A DNA stretch of 64,000 bases from Candidatus Saccharimonadota bacterium. Lineage in GTDB: Bacteria; Patescibacteriota; Saccharimonadia; QS-5-54-17. Position numbers and translations under genes: made by a program. Numbering within the stretch: the first letter of the stretch is position 1; each line of letters starts with the position of its first letter. Shown here piece after piece: positions 19,917 through 29,422 of the stretch. Below the pieces are notes generated by a model. It was given only the letters and a program-made list of their open reading frames with translations. It ran no database searches and was not told where the DNA came from. The stretch spans positions 82,216 to 146,215 of the forward strand of contig JBJHCT010000001.1 of assembly GCA_050486185.1 (NCBI GenBank). The letters run 5' to 3'.

Positions 19917-20777
19917 ATGCAAAACAAAAACACTAAACATACATCTACACATCATGAGCCGGTACTGCTTGAGGCAGTATTGGATCTTCTAAACCCGCAA
20001 CCAGGCGAGTCTTTTATAGATTTAACGGCTGGATACGGCGGGCATGCTAGTCATATCATCAAATCAATTGGTGATGAATCTAAGGCCACACTAGTAGATC
20101 GTGATTTAGAAGCTTTCAGATTCCTAAAAGATAAGTTTGCTAACACCAAAATTATCCATAGTGATTTTCTATCAGCCCTAAATGAAATTGATAATGTAGA
20201 TTTAGTCTTAGTCGATTTAGGCATGTCTTCACCGCAACTTGACAACGCTAATCGTGGTTTTAGTTTCAAGACGGAAGCTCCGCTTGATATGCGCATGGAT
20301 CAAAGTCAAAAGTTGAATGCTTCGGATATAGTTAACCACTATTCCAAAGTTCGTTTAGCCGACTTAATCTATGAATATGGCGAAGAGCACCGTTCTAGAC
20401 AGATAGCAGAAGCTATTATTAATGCTAGACCGATTACTACTACTAAGCATTTAGCTGATGTAGTGGCTAGAGCTTCCAGAAAAGGTAAATCAAAGATTCA
20501 TCCAGCTACCCGCACCTTTCAGGCTTTGCGCATAGCAGTAAATGATGAATTAAATCAGCTTGAGAAAGCACTACCACAGATTGAGCAACTACTTCGTCCA
20601 GGTGGCAGAGTAGCTATCATTAGCTTCCATAGTTTGGAAGATAGGATAGTGAAAAACTTCTTTAGAAGTAGTGAATATCTTGAACCGATCAACAAGAAGG
20701 TAGTTCAAGGTAGAGATCAGGACGTATCTAACCCCCGAGCTCGTAGCGCAAAACTGCGGGTTGCGGTTAAAAAATAA
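19917..20777 (+). CDS. rsmH: 16S rRNA (cytosine1402-N4)-methyltransferase
   Basis: HEPVLLEAVLDLL...DLGMSSPQLD...GGRVAIISFHSLEDRIVK. Confidence 0.9.
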   Translation: MQNKNTKHTSTHHEPVLLEAVLDLLNPQPGESFIDLTAGYGGHASHIIKSIGDESKATLVDRDLEAFRFLKDKFANTKIIHSDFLSALNEIDNVDLVLVDLGMSSPQLDNANRGFSFKTEAPLDMRMDQSQKLNASDIVNHYSKVRLADLIYEYGEEHRSRQIAEAIINARPITTTKHLADVVARASRKGKSKIHPATRTFQALRIAVNDELNQLEKALPQIEQLLRPGGRVAIISFHSLEDRIVKNFFRSSEYLEPINKKVVQGRDQDVSNPRARSAKLRVAVKK

Positions 20778-20798
20778 AAACAAAAAGGAGGTCAGAAA

Positions 20799-20882
20799 AT
20801 GGCTATTAAAGTAAAAGCTTACGGCAGCAATGTTCGTACTCAAAAAGTAGAAATCAAGGTCAGGCAGCTAGTAGCAGCCTAG
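20799..20882 (+). CDS. Candidate 27-aa small protein (MAIKVKAYGSNVRTQKVEIKVRQLVAA) with a strong Shine-Dalgarno sequence
   Basis: AAGGAGGT 6 nt upstream of the ATG. Sits between rsmH and ftsL. Not in the ORF track because it is under 60 aa. Confidence 0.3.
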   Translation: MAIKVKAYGSNVRTQKVEIKVRQLVAA

Positions 20883-20983
20883 GTATTTAGGCCTTGATAA
20901 AGAGGGTGGGGATAAAGTAATTTTTCCCCAAGGGAAGCTAAAAACAAAAATAAAAACTAATTTTTCAGGAAACAAAAAATAAA

Positions 20984-21340
20984 ATGTATTATTCACAAAC
21001 CATGGCTCAAAGCCGCAGTAGATCAAAGCCAGCTCGCTTACGTCGTAATCGAGACTTTGGCGGTTTCAAAGCTACTAGTGGTATGGGACCGGTAACTTCA
21101 ACGTTATTCTTAGTAGTAATTGCTTCTGTCTTAGCTCTTTTATACCTAACTCAGATCACCAAGACTAGTGTCTATGGTTATCAAATCAACGAGCTCACTA
21201 GTGAGCAGGCAGCTTTGATAGAGGAACAGCAAGAGCTACGCGTAGAAGCTGCTAGACTGCAGTCAGTTGCTCGTATAGAACGTTCGGAAGTTACTTCAGG
21301 CCTTGAGCCGGAGACGAGCGTTTCCTATGACAACCGCTAG
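20984..21340 (+). CDS. ftsL: FtsL-like cell division protein (single transmembrane helix + coiled coil)
   Basis: Position between rsmH and ftsI. Transmembrane helix LFLVVIASVLALLYL, then a leucine-zipper-like coiled coil. Confidence 0.55.
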   Translation: MYYSQTMAQSRSRSKPARLRRNRDFGGFKATSGMGPVTSTLFLVVIASVLALLYLTQITKTSVYGYQINELTSEQAALIEEQQELRVEAARLQSVARIERSEVTSGLEPETSVSYDNR

Positions 21341-23051
21341 AAACAGTCGAATCACCGTCTTAGCTATAGCTTTTTTAGCTATGGCTTTGTTAACTTTAAG
21401 CCGCTTAGTATATCTACAGATTATTAGACACGATCATTTCAGCGTGCTAGCCGCTCAGACCCATAGTCGTAAATTTGAGATTGCTCCACAACGAGGTCAG
21501 ATATATATCCATGATAGGGGTAGACTGGTACCGATGGCTATGAACCGTAATCTGAAGCTGCTCTATGCCGATACTCGCTATGTTTATGATTTAGATGCGG
21601 TAGTTGCGGGTCTGAAGCAGATACTAGGCGAAGACTATAGAGACAAACTAGAGGCGGCCGATGGCTATGTAGCTTTAGAAGATGATATCGATTATCACAC
21701 TGGTCAGGAGATACAAGCTTTAGGTGTATCAGGTATCGGTTTAAGTGATCAGTACAAGAGAGTCTATCCAGAAGGCTCCTTAGCCGCTCAAGTGCTAGGT
21801 TTTGTTAATCGTGACGGTGAGGGCCAGTATGGTATCGAGGGTTGGTTTGACGGAGTTCTAAAGGGCTCTTTCGGTATGTATGATATGGAGACTGATGCCA
21901 ATGGTATACCGATAGCTACTAGTGACAATATTCAGCTAGAACCAGTACATGGTGATGATGTGGTCTTAACACTAGATCGTAATATCCAGGCCAAAGTAGA
22001 GTCAGCCTTAAAAAAGGGCGTAGAAGGTACTAATGCTAAATCAGCCCACGCAGTAATTATGGATCCAAATAGCGGCAGGATGCTAGCTATGGCCAACTAT
22101 CCGACTTATGATCCTAATAAATATAGTGAGGTTGAGGATTATCGTCGCTTTATCAATGTAGCCTCTTCAGAGTTATTTGAGCCTGGATCAGGTTTCAAAG
22201 TCTTTACAGTAGCGGCCGGCCTAGAAGCTGGCGTTATAGATAAGGATGAGACCTTTGATGATAGTAGCGGTCTAGTGAGAGTGGCAGATGCAGTTATTCG
22301 TAATGCCGGTATACCTCATAGTAGCAATCGTTCTATGACGGAGATTATCACCAACTCAGTCAATACAGGAGCGGTTTATGTGCTAGAGAAGTTCGGTAAC
22401 GGCGAGATAAACCTCACTGCTAGAAGGGGGCTGTATGAGTTTTTTGCTAACCGCTTCAAATTAACTGATTCTACCGGTATCGAGCAATCAGGCGAACCCA
22501 ATATGAGTATGGTAGATCCTGAGAGCGTTGGGCCGGTTAATTATGCCAATATCACTTTCGGACAGGGTATTGCTACCACGATGGTACGGATGGTGGCTTC
22601 TATGGCCGGTATTATTAATGGCGGTGATATCTACAAACCATATCTAGTTGATTACCGTATTCAAAACGATGGGGAAGTGGTAACTACGGAGCCTGAGATT
22701 ATGGCTGAAGGTATAGTATCTTCAGAAACCTCAGAAACTATGAGGGAGATGATGGAGACAGTGGTTACCGATGGGGGAGGCTGGAGTATTAACTGGGCGG
22801 TTCCCAATCACAGCGTAGGGGGCAAGACCGGTACGGCCGAGATACCTGGGCCAGATGGTGGGTATTTGAGAGGTCAATATATAGGCTCTTTCATCGGTTT
22901 TGCACCGGTAGATGAACCCAAATACTTAATGATGGTGCGCATAGATGATCCACGGGCTCCAGGATATGCCGGATCCGCCGCCGCCGCCCCCATATTTGCC
23001 GATATCATGGAGTGGTTGGTGCGTTACGGTGGATTGGAGATGGATAGGTAG
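21303..23051 (+). CDS. ftsI: Peptidoglycan D,D-transpeptidase (class B PBP, FtsI/PBP2-like)
   Basis: PBP dimerisation domain. Transpeptidase motifs SGFK (SxxK), SNS-like SxN, and KTGTA. Confidence 0.85.
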   Translation: MSRRRAFPMTTARNSRITVLAIAFLAMALLTLSRLVYLQIIRHDHFSVLAAQTHSRKFEIAPQRGQIYIHDRGRLVPMAMNRNLKLLYADTRYVYDLDAVVAGLKQILGEDYRDKLEAADGYVALEDDIDYHTGQEIQALGVSGIGLSDQYKRVYPEGSLAAQVLGFVNRDGEGQYGIEGWFDGVLKGSFGMYDMETDANGIPIATSDNIQLEPVHGDDVVLTLDRNIQAKVESALKKGVEGTNAKSAHAVIMDPNSGRMLAMANYPTYDPNKYSEVEDYRRFINVASSELFEPGSGFKVFTVAAGLEAGVIDKDETFDDSSGLVRVADAVIRNAGIPHSSNRSMTEIITNSVNTGAVYVLEKFGNGEINLTARRGLYEFFANRFKLTDSTGIEQSGEPNMSMVDPESVGPVNYANITFGQGIATTMVRMVASMAGIINGGDIYKPYLVDYRIQNDGEVVTTEPEIMAEGIVSSETSETMREMMETVVTDGGGWSINWAVPNHSVGGKTGTAEIPGPDGGYLRGQYIGSFIGFAPVDEPKYLMMVRIDDPRAPGYAGSAAAAPIFADIMEWLVRYGGLEMDR

Positions 23052-23264
23052 TGTTTTAACCAAAATCCTTGACACCCCACACACCCAAGGGGTACCATAA
23101 GAAGTAATATAAAAGAGTGTTTTGACTCGACAAAGTAGGATATAAAAACCAAATATTTTTAATGATTGATTTAGCAGTAAATACCAACAGTAGACACTTA
23201 GTAGTCCAAGACGGAGTCTTATTAGCAGTATTACTGACAAGAATAACATCACAAGGTAACCACT

Positions 23265-24368
23265 ATGCCTGATCAAGTCCAACTCAGAGGTGGCACAGAG
23301 TCTGAAAACGATGCTTTCACAGGTAAACAACGTGAAGTCACAGTCGATACTACTAATAACACTCTCAGAGTTCACGATAACTCTACCCTCGGTGGACATA
23401 AACTAGCTACTACTACTTACGTAGACAGTGAAGTAGACGCCCTTACAACCCAAACCAACCAACAGATCGATAACCTAACTCCAGCAGAACCTGACCAACC
23501 AGGATACGTCTATGTACCAGGTAGCTCTAAACACGGTACCTTGCCAGGCTTCTGGGTTATGAAGTACCCAGCTAAAGATGTCGGTGGTGTACCTACCTCC
23601 CAAGCTGAAGGTACCCCCTGGGCATCTATATCCTGGACTGATACTAAAGTCGCTATAGAGCAGCTAGGACCAGGATATCATCTCATCAATGACTATGAAT
23701 GGATGACAATCGCAGAAAACATAGCTGCAACTCCTATCAACAACCAAGACAGCAGTGGCTTCAAACTAGCTAGAGGTCACTCAGATAATAATCCTAGCAA
23801 TGCCATTGAATCAACTGAAGCAGATGAACCAGTAGTCTCAGGTTGTGACTTGACTAAACCTATGGATGATGTAGCTAATGCCTACCAAGCAGGAGTCTGT
23901 GAGATTAGAGGTGATGGCACTGACTCTAAAGGGTATGTTAATACCGGTAACTCTTGGAGTGAGGCTTGGACTACTTTGGGTGGTGGTCAAGAACAACTCA
24001 GAACCCATGTCCTCTCAAACGGTGAAGTACTGTGGGATATAGCGGGGAATACTTGGGAGTGGACCGATGCTTACGTAGTTGAGGTAGATGAGAAGCCAAC
24101 ACCGGTACAAGACTCTTATAACGACTACACCAATATTACTGACTACAAAGGCTTCTCCTACTTAAGACCCTCTAACCCGAGCTGGACTAGAGCCGATAAC
24201 GGCATAGGTAGTGTCCTCACTCATACTTTTACCGGTACCAGAGCCTTCAGGCGCGGAGGCAGCTGGATCACTGCCTCCCACGCTGGTGTCTTTGCCTTGG
24301 ACCTGGTCTACACGCCGTCGCATACGAACTTGGGCCAAGGTTTTCGTGTTGCTTGGTATGCTTCTTAG
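23265..24368 (+). CDS. Phage-tail-fibre N-terminal motif protein with a C-terminal FGE-sulfatase / C-type-lectin-fold domain (Mtd-like architecture)
   Basis: N-terminus VQLRGGTESENDAFTGKQREVTVDTTNNTLRVHDNSTLGGHK matches the conserved tail-fibre N motif. C-terminus has NTWEWTDAY...RGGSW...GFRVAW, the FGE/SUMF1-type fold used by DGR variable proteins. Confidence 0.6.
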   Translation: MPDQVQLRGGTESENDAFTGKQREVTVDTTNNTLRVHDNSTLGGHKLATTTYVDSEVDALTTQTNQQIDNLTPAEPDQPGYVYVPGSSKHGTLPGFWVMKYPAKDVGGVPTSQAEGTPWASISWTDTKVAIEQLGPGYHLINDYEWMTIAENIAATPINNQDSSGFKLARGHSDNNPSNAIESTEADEPVVSGCDLTKPMDDVANAYQAGVCEIRGDGTDSKGYVNTGNSWSEAWTTLGGGQEQLRTHVLSNGEVLWDIAGNTWEWTDAYVVEVDEKPTPVQDSYNDYTNITDYKGFSYLRPSNPSWTRADNGIGSVLTHTFTGTRAFRRGGSWITASHAGVFALDLVYTPSHTNLGQGFRVAWYAS

Positions 24369-24483
24369 ATACTTGGACCTTGGTAAAACCAAGAATGCCA
24401 GGATATACCTGCTGCTAGGCATAAGGGCGTCTTAAGTGGTATAATTCTCCCTAATAGTTACTAATGTTATAAAATAAATATAT

Positions 24484-25521
24484 ATGCAAAATTTAGATTT
24501 ACTTCAGCTTGAACCAGTCATATTAGATATCACAGTTGCAGCTGTTTTGGCTTTTGTAGTCTCTATATTAATTACTCCTGTATATACCCACCTAGCTTAT
24601 AAATACCAAGCCTGGAAGCGAGTCAAAGATACCGCTATTACCGGTGAAAAGGCCAAAATATTTCATAAACTACATGCTGAGAAGCACAAACGAAACATCC
24701 CTACTATGGCCGGTGTAATTATGGTAGCAGCGATTACTTTTGTAACTGTACTTTTCAACCTCTCAACTGCTCAGACATTGCTACCCCTAGCGGCTTTGAT
24801 AGCTGCCGGTGGGGTGGGGCTAATAGATGACTTTATCAATATCAGGGCGCCATCTAAAGGAATTGCCGGTATGCGCTCTCAGATTAAGTTTATATTGATA
24901 CTAATCATAGCCTTATCTATTAGCTGGTGGGCCTACTCTAAGCTAGAGTACACATCCTTATCAGTGCCCTTCTTTGAGGTATTGCCCCTAGGCTGGCTGA
25001 TAGTGCCGCTGTTTACTTTTGTGATAGTAGCTATCGCTAACGCCGTTAATATCACAGACGGTCTAGACGGGTTAGCTGGAGGGCTGCTATCCATAGTATT
25101 TGCAGTCTATACAGTAATTGCTTTAATGCAGGGCAATATCGGCATAGCTATTTATTGTGCTACGGTAGTTGGATCTATGTTAGCTTACACCTGGTTCAAT
25201 ATCTTTCCGGCCCGGTTCTTTATGGGTGATACCGGTTCATTTGCCCTAGGTACCTCCTTGGGCGTAGTAGCACTTTTGACCGACACAGTTCTGCTTTTGC
25301 CGATTATCGCCGGTATGTTTGTCATAGAGGTTAGTTCATCTAGCCTGCAGATACTATCGAAGAAGTATTTCGGTCGGAAGATATTCATCTCAGCACCCCT
25401 GCACCATCACTTTGAGGCTCAGGGTTGGCCAGAGACCAAAGTGACTATGAGATTTTGGATATTAGGCGCTATGATGGCTATTTTAGGCTTAATCATCGCT
25501 GTCTTGGGTGGCCAGCTCTGA
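24484..25521 (+). CDS. mraY: Phospho-N-acetylmuramoyl-pentapeptide transferase
   Basis: NAVNITDGLDGLAGG, 10-transmembrane topology. Confidence 0.9.
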   Translation: MQNLDLLQLEPVILDITVAAVLAFVVSILITPVYTHLAYKYQAWKRVKDTAITGEKAKIFHKLHAEKHKRNIPTMAGVIMVAAITFVTVLFNLSTAQTLLPLAALIAAGGVGLIDDFINIRAPSKGIAGMRSQIKFILILIIALSISWWAYSKLEYTSLSVPFFEVLPLGWLIVPLFTFVIVAIANAVNITDGLDGLAGGLLSIVFAVYTVIALMQGNIGIAIYCATVVGSMLAYTWFNIFPARFFMGDTGSFALGTSLGVVALLTDTVLLLPIIAGMFVIEVSSSSLQILSKKYFGRKIFISAPLHHHFEAQGWPETKVTMRFWILGAMMAILGLIIAVLGGQL

Positions 25522-25585
25522 TTAGACATAAATCCTTTTTAAGATAAAGTATCGAAAATTTTAAATATAAAAAATCAAAAAACAA

Positions 25586-26812
25586 ATGAGTCCAAACAAA
25601 AATACCAACAAATCATCAGGAGCAGGCCGAACCCGTCGACATCGTAGTGACGTTAGTATTATCCTAATCACTCTAGCACTAGTGATATTTGGCTTAGTGG
25701 TAATTTATGCGGTTAGCCCTATCTTGAGTCACAGAATGTCCGGAGATGTTAATCGCAACTTTTTTGTCTATGGGCAACTGCGCAATATGGCTGCAGCCCT
25801 AGTAGCCTTTTATGTAGCTACTAGAATTAAATGGACTAACTGGCAAGATAAATTATTGCCAATACTGATCATTGCCTCCTCAATATCACTAGCTATGACC
25901 TTTATCCCAGGGTTAGCTATTACTCAAGGAGGTGCTACTCGCTGGGTGGGTATAGGTGATTTTAGCTTTCAGCCTTCAGAGCTAGTGAAATTAACAGTTC
26001 TAGTAGCTTTAGCAGCCTGGTTTGCTAAGTTGAAGTCTGAAGAGTTGAGAGATTACAAGAAGACCTTGTTGCCGGTAGCAATTATCGGTGCTTTAGTGGC
26101 CGGTTTTGTACTAATTCATCAACGAGATATGGGCACAATGATTGTTATCGCTGCTGTTATGATGTCGATATTCTATGCTAGCGGAGTTAGTTTAGTTCAA
26201 GTAGGTATACTGCTTTCAGCAGCAGCAGCCTTTTTTGTTGCTAATATCCTGCTATTTGCTCACCGTATGGAGAGGGTGAAAACCTTCTTTAACCCATCAG
26301 AGTCTTTAGGAGAGAGCGGTTATCATCTACATCAAGCCCTCATAGCTGTAGGCTCAGGCGGTCTATTCGGTCTAGGCTTAGGCAAAAGTATTCAAGTGTA
26401 TGGTTATTTGCCCGAAGCAGCCAACGACTCTATATTTGCCATTATTGCCGAGATGTTTGGCTTTGTTGGAGCCTTGTTGGTAATTGTTCTCTTTGCTTTG
26501 TTGATATATCGGATATTAATTGTAGCTAGAGATGCACCTGATAGTTTTGCTCAGCTTCTAGCAGTAGGAGTAGCTGCTTGGTTGGGTGTTCAAGCTAGTG
26601 TTAATATGATGGCTATGATCGGTATTATACCGTTAACAGGTATACCGCTGCCGTTTGTTAGTTATGGTGGTAGTAGCCTAGTGTTTATGATGATAGCATT
26701 AGGTATAGTAGTAAACATATCACGCTACACTGAAAGGAGCATGGTTAATGCGAATAGTACTAGCCGGCGGAGGCAGCGGCGGACACGTCACACCAGTAGT
26801 AGCCGTAGCTAA
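25586..26812 (+). CDS. ftsW: SEDS-family peptidoglycan glycosyltransferase FtsW/RodA
   Basis: Multi-transmembrane protein with SEDS motifs (GxxGLGLG, PEAANDSIFA). Position in the dcw cluster. Confidence 0.85.
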   Translation: MSPNKNTNKSSGAGRTRRHRSDVSIILITLALVIFGLVVIYAVSPILSHRMSGDVNRNFFVYGQLRNMAAALVAFYVATRIKWTNWQDKLLPILIIASSISLAMTFIPGLAITQGGATRWVGIGDFSFQPSELVKLTVLVALAAWFAKLKSEELRDYKKTLLPVAIIGALVAGFVLIHQRDMGTMIVIAAVMMSIFYASGVSLVQVGILLSAAAAFFVANILLFAHRMERVKTFFNPSESLGESGYHLHQALIAVGSGGLFGLGLGKSIQVYGYLPEAANDSIFAIIAEMFGFVGALLVIVLFALLIYRILIVARDAPDSFAQLLAVGVAAWLGVQASVNMMAMIGIIPLTGIPLPFVSYGGSSLVFMMIALGIVVNISRYTERSMVNANSTSRRRQRRTRHTSSSRS

Positions 26813-27854
26813 AGCTTTAAAACGGCTTAATCCAGAAGTAGACCTAGAGTTTATAGGTTTAGGTGCTCAGATGGAGCAAGATCTTTTAAAACCTCTTGAT
26901 ATACCTATGCACCGCATTACTTCCGGGAAGTTTCGTCGTTATCCAGGCAGACCTTTATTGGAGAATATTTTTGATCTAAAGATGAAGTATCTTAATATCA
27001 GGGACTTTTTTAAGCTAATTATCGGTATATTGATGAGCTTAAGGCTACTTTGGCGCATTAAACCTGATGTAGTTTTTTGCAAAGGAGGCTTTGCTTCACT
27101 GCCTGTAGGTATAGCGGCTTGGATACTCAAGAAACCTCTAGTGATACATGAATCAGATGCTCACGTAGGTCTAGCTAATCGTATCTTATCTAAATTAACT
27201 AGGTATCGTATTAGCGGCTTTGAAGCTGAAGGATTCTTGGCTCTAGGTAACCCCATTAGAGAAGATTTATTGGTTAATAGCGGCAATGTAGCGATTAACA
27301 GAGATGATTTTGGCATCAGAAGCGATAAGCCGGTAGTTTTAGCTATGGGCGGGTCTTTAGGTTCAACCACTCTGAATGTAGCGGTTGTGGGTCTAGTTAA
27401 ATCTACAGATAAGTATGAGATTATCCATATATCGGGCGAGGGTAAGGCGCTAGATGCAGAAAATATGCCTCATTACCACAATTACACTTTTCTAGGAGAT
27501 CAACTAGCTAGCGCTCTTAATTTAGCCGATGTAGTTATCTCACGTGCCGGCGCTAATACTCTAGTAGAGCTAGCAGCTCTAGGCAAAGCCGCTGTTATAG
27601 TGCCGCATCCTAGTTTGAGCGGTGATCATCAGTACCGCAATGCTAGGTTGATGGCCGACGCTGAAGCAGCAGTTTTACTGCCACAAGACGAATTAAATTA
27701 CAAAAGACTTGATGAAGTGATTACAAAAATTGTTCAAGACCCTACTTACAGGGGTAAATTAGAGAATAATATTAGACGATTTGCCAATCTTACGGCTGCT
27801 GATGATATAGCTAAGGCGGTTTTAGACCCCAAGAAAGCATTTGCTAAGGAGTAA
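26748..27854 (+). CDS. murG: UDP-GlcNAc:lipid I N-acetylglucosaminyltransferase MurG
   Basis: MRIVLAGGGSGGHVTPVVAVAKAL. Overlaps the ftsW 3' end. Confidence 0.9.
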   Translation: MRIVLAGGGSGGHVTPVVAVAKALKRLNPEVDLEFIGLGAQMEQDLLKPLDIPMHRITSGKFRRYPGRPLLENIFDLKMKYLNIRDFFKLIIGILMSLRLLWRIKPDVVFCKGGFASLPVGIAAWILKKPLVIHESDAHVGLANRILSKLTRYRISGFEAEGFLALGNPIREDLLVNSGNVAINRDDFGIRSDKPVVLAMGGSLGSTTLNVAVVGLVKSTDKYEIIHISGEGKALDAENMPHYHNYTFLGDQLASALNLADVVISRAGANTLVELAALGKAAVIVPHPSLSGDHQYRNARLMADAEAAVLLPQDELNYKRLDEVITKIVQDPTYRGKLENNIRRFANLTAADDIAKAVLDPKKAFAKE

Positions 27855-27857
27855 AAA

Positions 27858-28637
27858 GTGGCTAAAAAAAGACGTGTTAAAAAGAGTAGGGCAGGGGGGT
27901 ATCAAGGCAAATACCACAGTGGCAAAAAACCACTTAAAAAACGCGAAAAAAGCAAGATAACTAGCATATTTGAGTTTTTACTAGTTATATCTCTAGCAGT
28001 TGCTGTCGGGTGGTTCTCTTATATCGATGGGGTAGAGGTTAGGGGTGGCGAGGCTTCCCTACTAGATCAGATACATACTGATGCTGATGACCTACTTGCC
28101 TGGCAGTGGCAGGTAAATGATAGCTCCATAGGGGTGATCGAGTATAACTACAGGGCTAAAATAGCTAGTATCAACTACAGCCGTTCTTGGCTGGATCGCC
28201 AACTTTATTTAGATATCACTCCTAGACAACCCGTACTTATTTGGTCTAGTGGTGATACGGACTATTTAATGGATGAGTTCGGCGTCATTACCGGCTTGCT
28301 ATCAGATGATGAGTCCTTAGAACTACCTAGCATTAAGGATGACGCTAATTTACCGGTAGAGGTTGGTGAACAAGCTACGGTAAGGATATTTGTTGAGTTT
28401 GCCTTAGCTCTGGATGTCAGTGAACGCCTAGATGTAGTTAATATGGGCATTTTAGAGACTACTAGTGAGATATATGCTGATTTAGATGAAGGCTATAGCG
28501 TACGTTTCGCTATAGATGAGGATATAGATCAGCAGATAGATAACGTCAAAAGAGTTCAAGATATAGCAGAGGATAGAGGAGACAGGATTAGAGACTATAT
28601 AGACGTTAGGATACCCTACAAAGCTTACTATAGATAA
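27858..28637 (+). CDS. FtsQ/DivIB-like cell division protein (basic N-terminus, transmembrane helix, POTRA-like region)
   Basis: GTG start 3 nt after murG. K/R-rich cytoplasmic tail, single transmembrane helix, periplasmic domain. Position after murG. Confidence 0.5.
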   Translation: MAKKRRVKKSRAGGYQGKYHSGKKPLKKREKSKITSIFEFLLVISLAVAVGWFSYIDGVEVRGGEASLLDQIHTDADDLLAWQWQVNDSSIGVIEYNYRAKIASINYSRSWLDRQLYLDITPRQPVLIWSSGDTDYLMDEFGVITGLLSDDESLELPSIKDDANLPVEVGEQATVRIFVEFALALDVSERLDVVNMGILETTSEIYADLDEGYSVRFAIDEDIDQQIDNVKRVQDIAEDRGDRIRDYIDVRIPYKAYYR

Positions 28638-29422
28638 AGACCCTAGGGCTTTGTTTAAAGTTTAATGGGGTGTTAAATGATCGGTACACCTCTTCTCCTC
28701 ACTTCTCTATTCTGTTCGGTTTACGTTCGATAAATATCTATAATAAAAAAGATAACAAAAAACATATTTAAAAACTTAAAGTCAAACATTGTCAAATATA
28801 TAGGGAAAAGAGTAGTAGAGGATAGGAGGGTAGTGTTGTCAAATGCAAACATGACACTATAGCATTTGGTGCTAGGCTGTGGACAAATGATGTAAATTTT
28901 ATGACGTAAGATTATCTAGGTAGCTAGTTGTTAGGCTTAGTAGGCTTAAGAAGTGCTTATATTATATATAAAAGTTTATATGAATGTATTAGGGAGTCTT
29001 ATAAAACATTTATTAGTAAAATCTTAGTAAAACCCCTTAAAGCCCCCTATTAGCAAGGTATCGATAGTCACAAGAGTTATAAAAAACTCTATGTCGCAAA
29101 AGGTACATTGTGCGACGTAGTGTCTATATCAAAGTAGGGACCACTCTATCACCAAATGTCTATGTAATTTTTTATTTTAAAACGTTTGTTACTACATTCC
29201 TCTAAATTTTGTTTGTCTCTAATTTATTTTTCACACACTTTCCTAGCTCACGTGTGTCTATGTATTGGTATTTGCCTAAATTTAATTAATCTTTAATTAT
29301 TGGTTAATTTGCGATGGATTCTATATTTTAGCTGTATTAGTTAATTACGTACAAAAAACGAACATAATTAATTTCAGTGTAAATTGATCGTTAATAAAAG
29401 AGAGAAGTGCAAGTTGATGTGT

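Noticed and set aside
22926-23399. 157-aa minus-strand ORF spanning the ftsI end and the tail-fibre gene start
   Set aside because: It overlaps two well-supported plus-strand genes and has a low-complexity, biased translation (GGGGGSG from the antisense of a CCGCCGCC run).
23265-24435. A complete diversity-generating retroelement (RT + template repeat) around the tail-fibre/FGE gene
   Set aside because: No ORF in the window has reverse-transcriptase motifs, and I found no second copy of the C-terminal 100-130 bp. Only the target-like protein is supported. The ORFs 24162..24422 (-) and 24211..24435 (+) are shadows.
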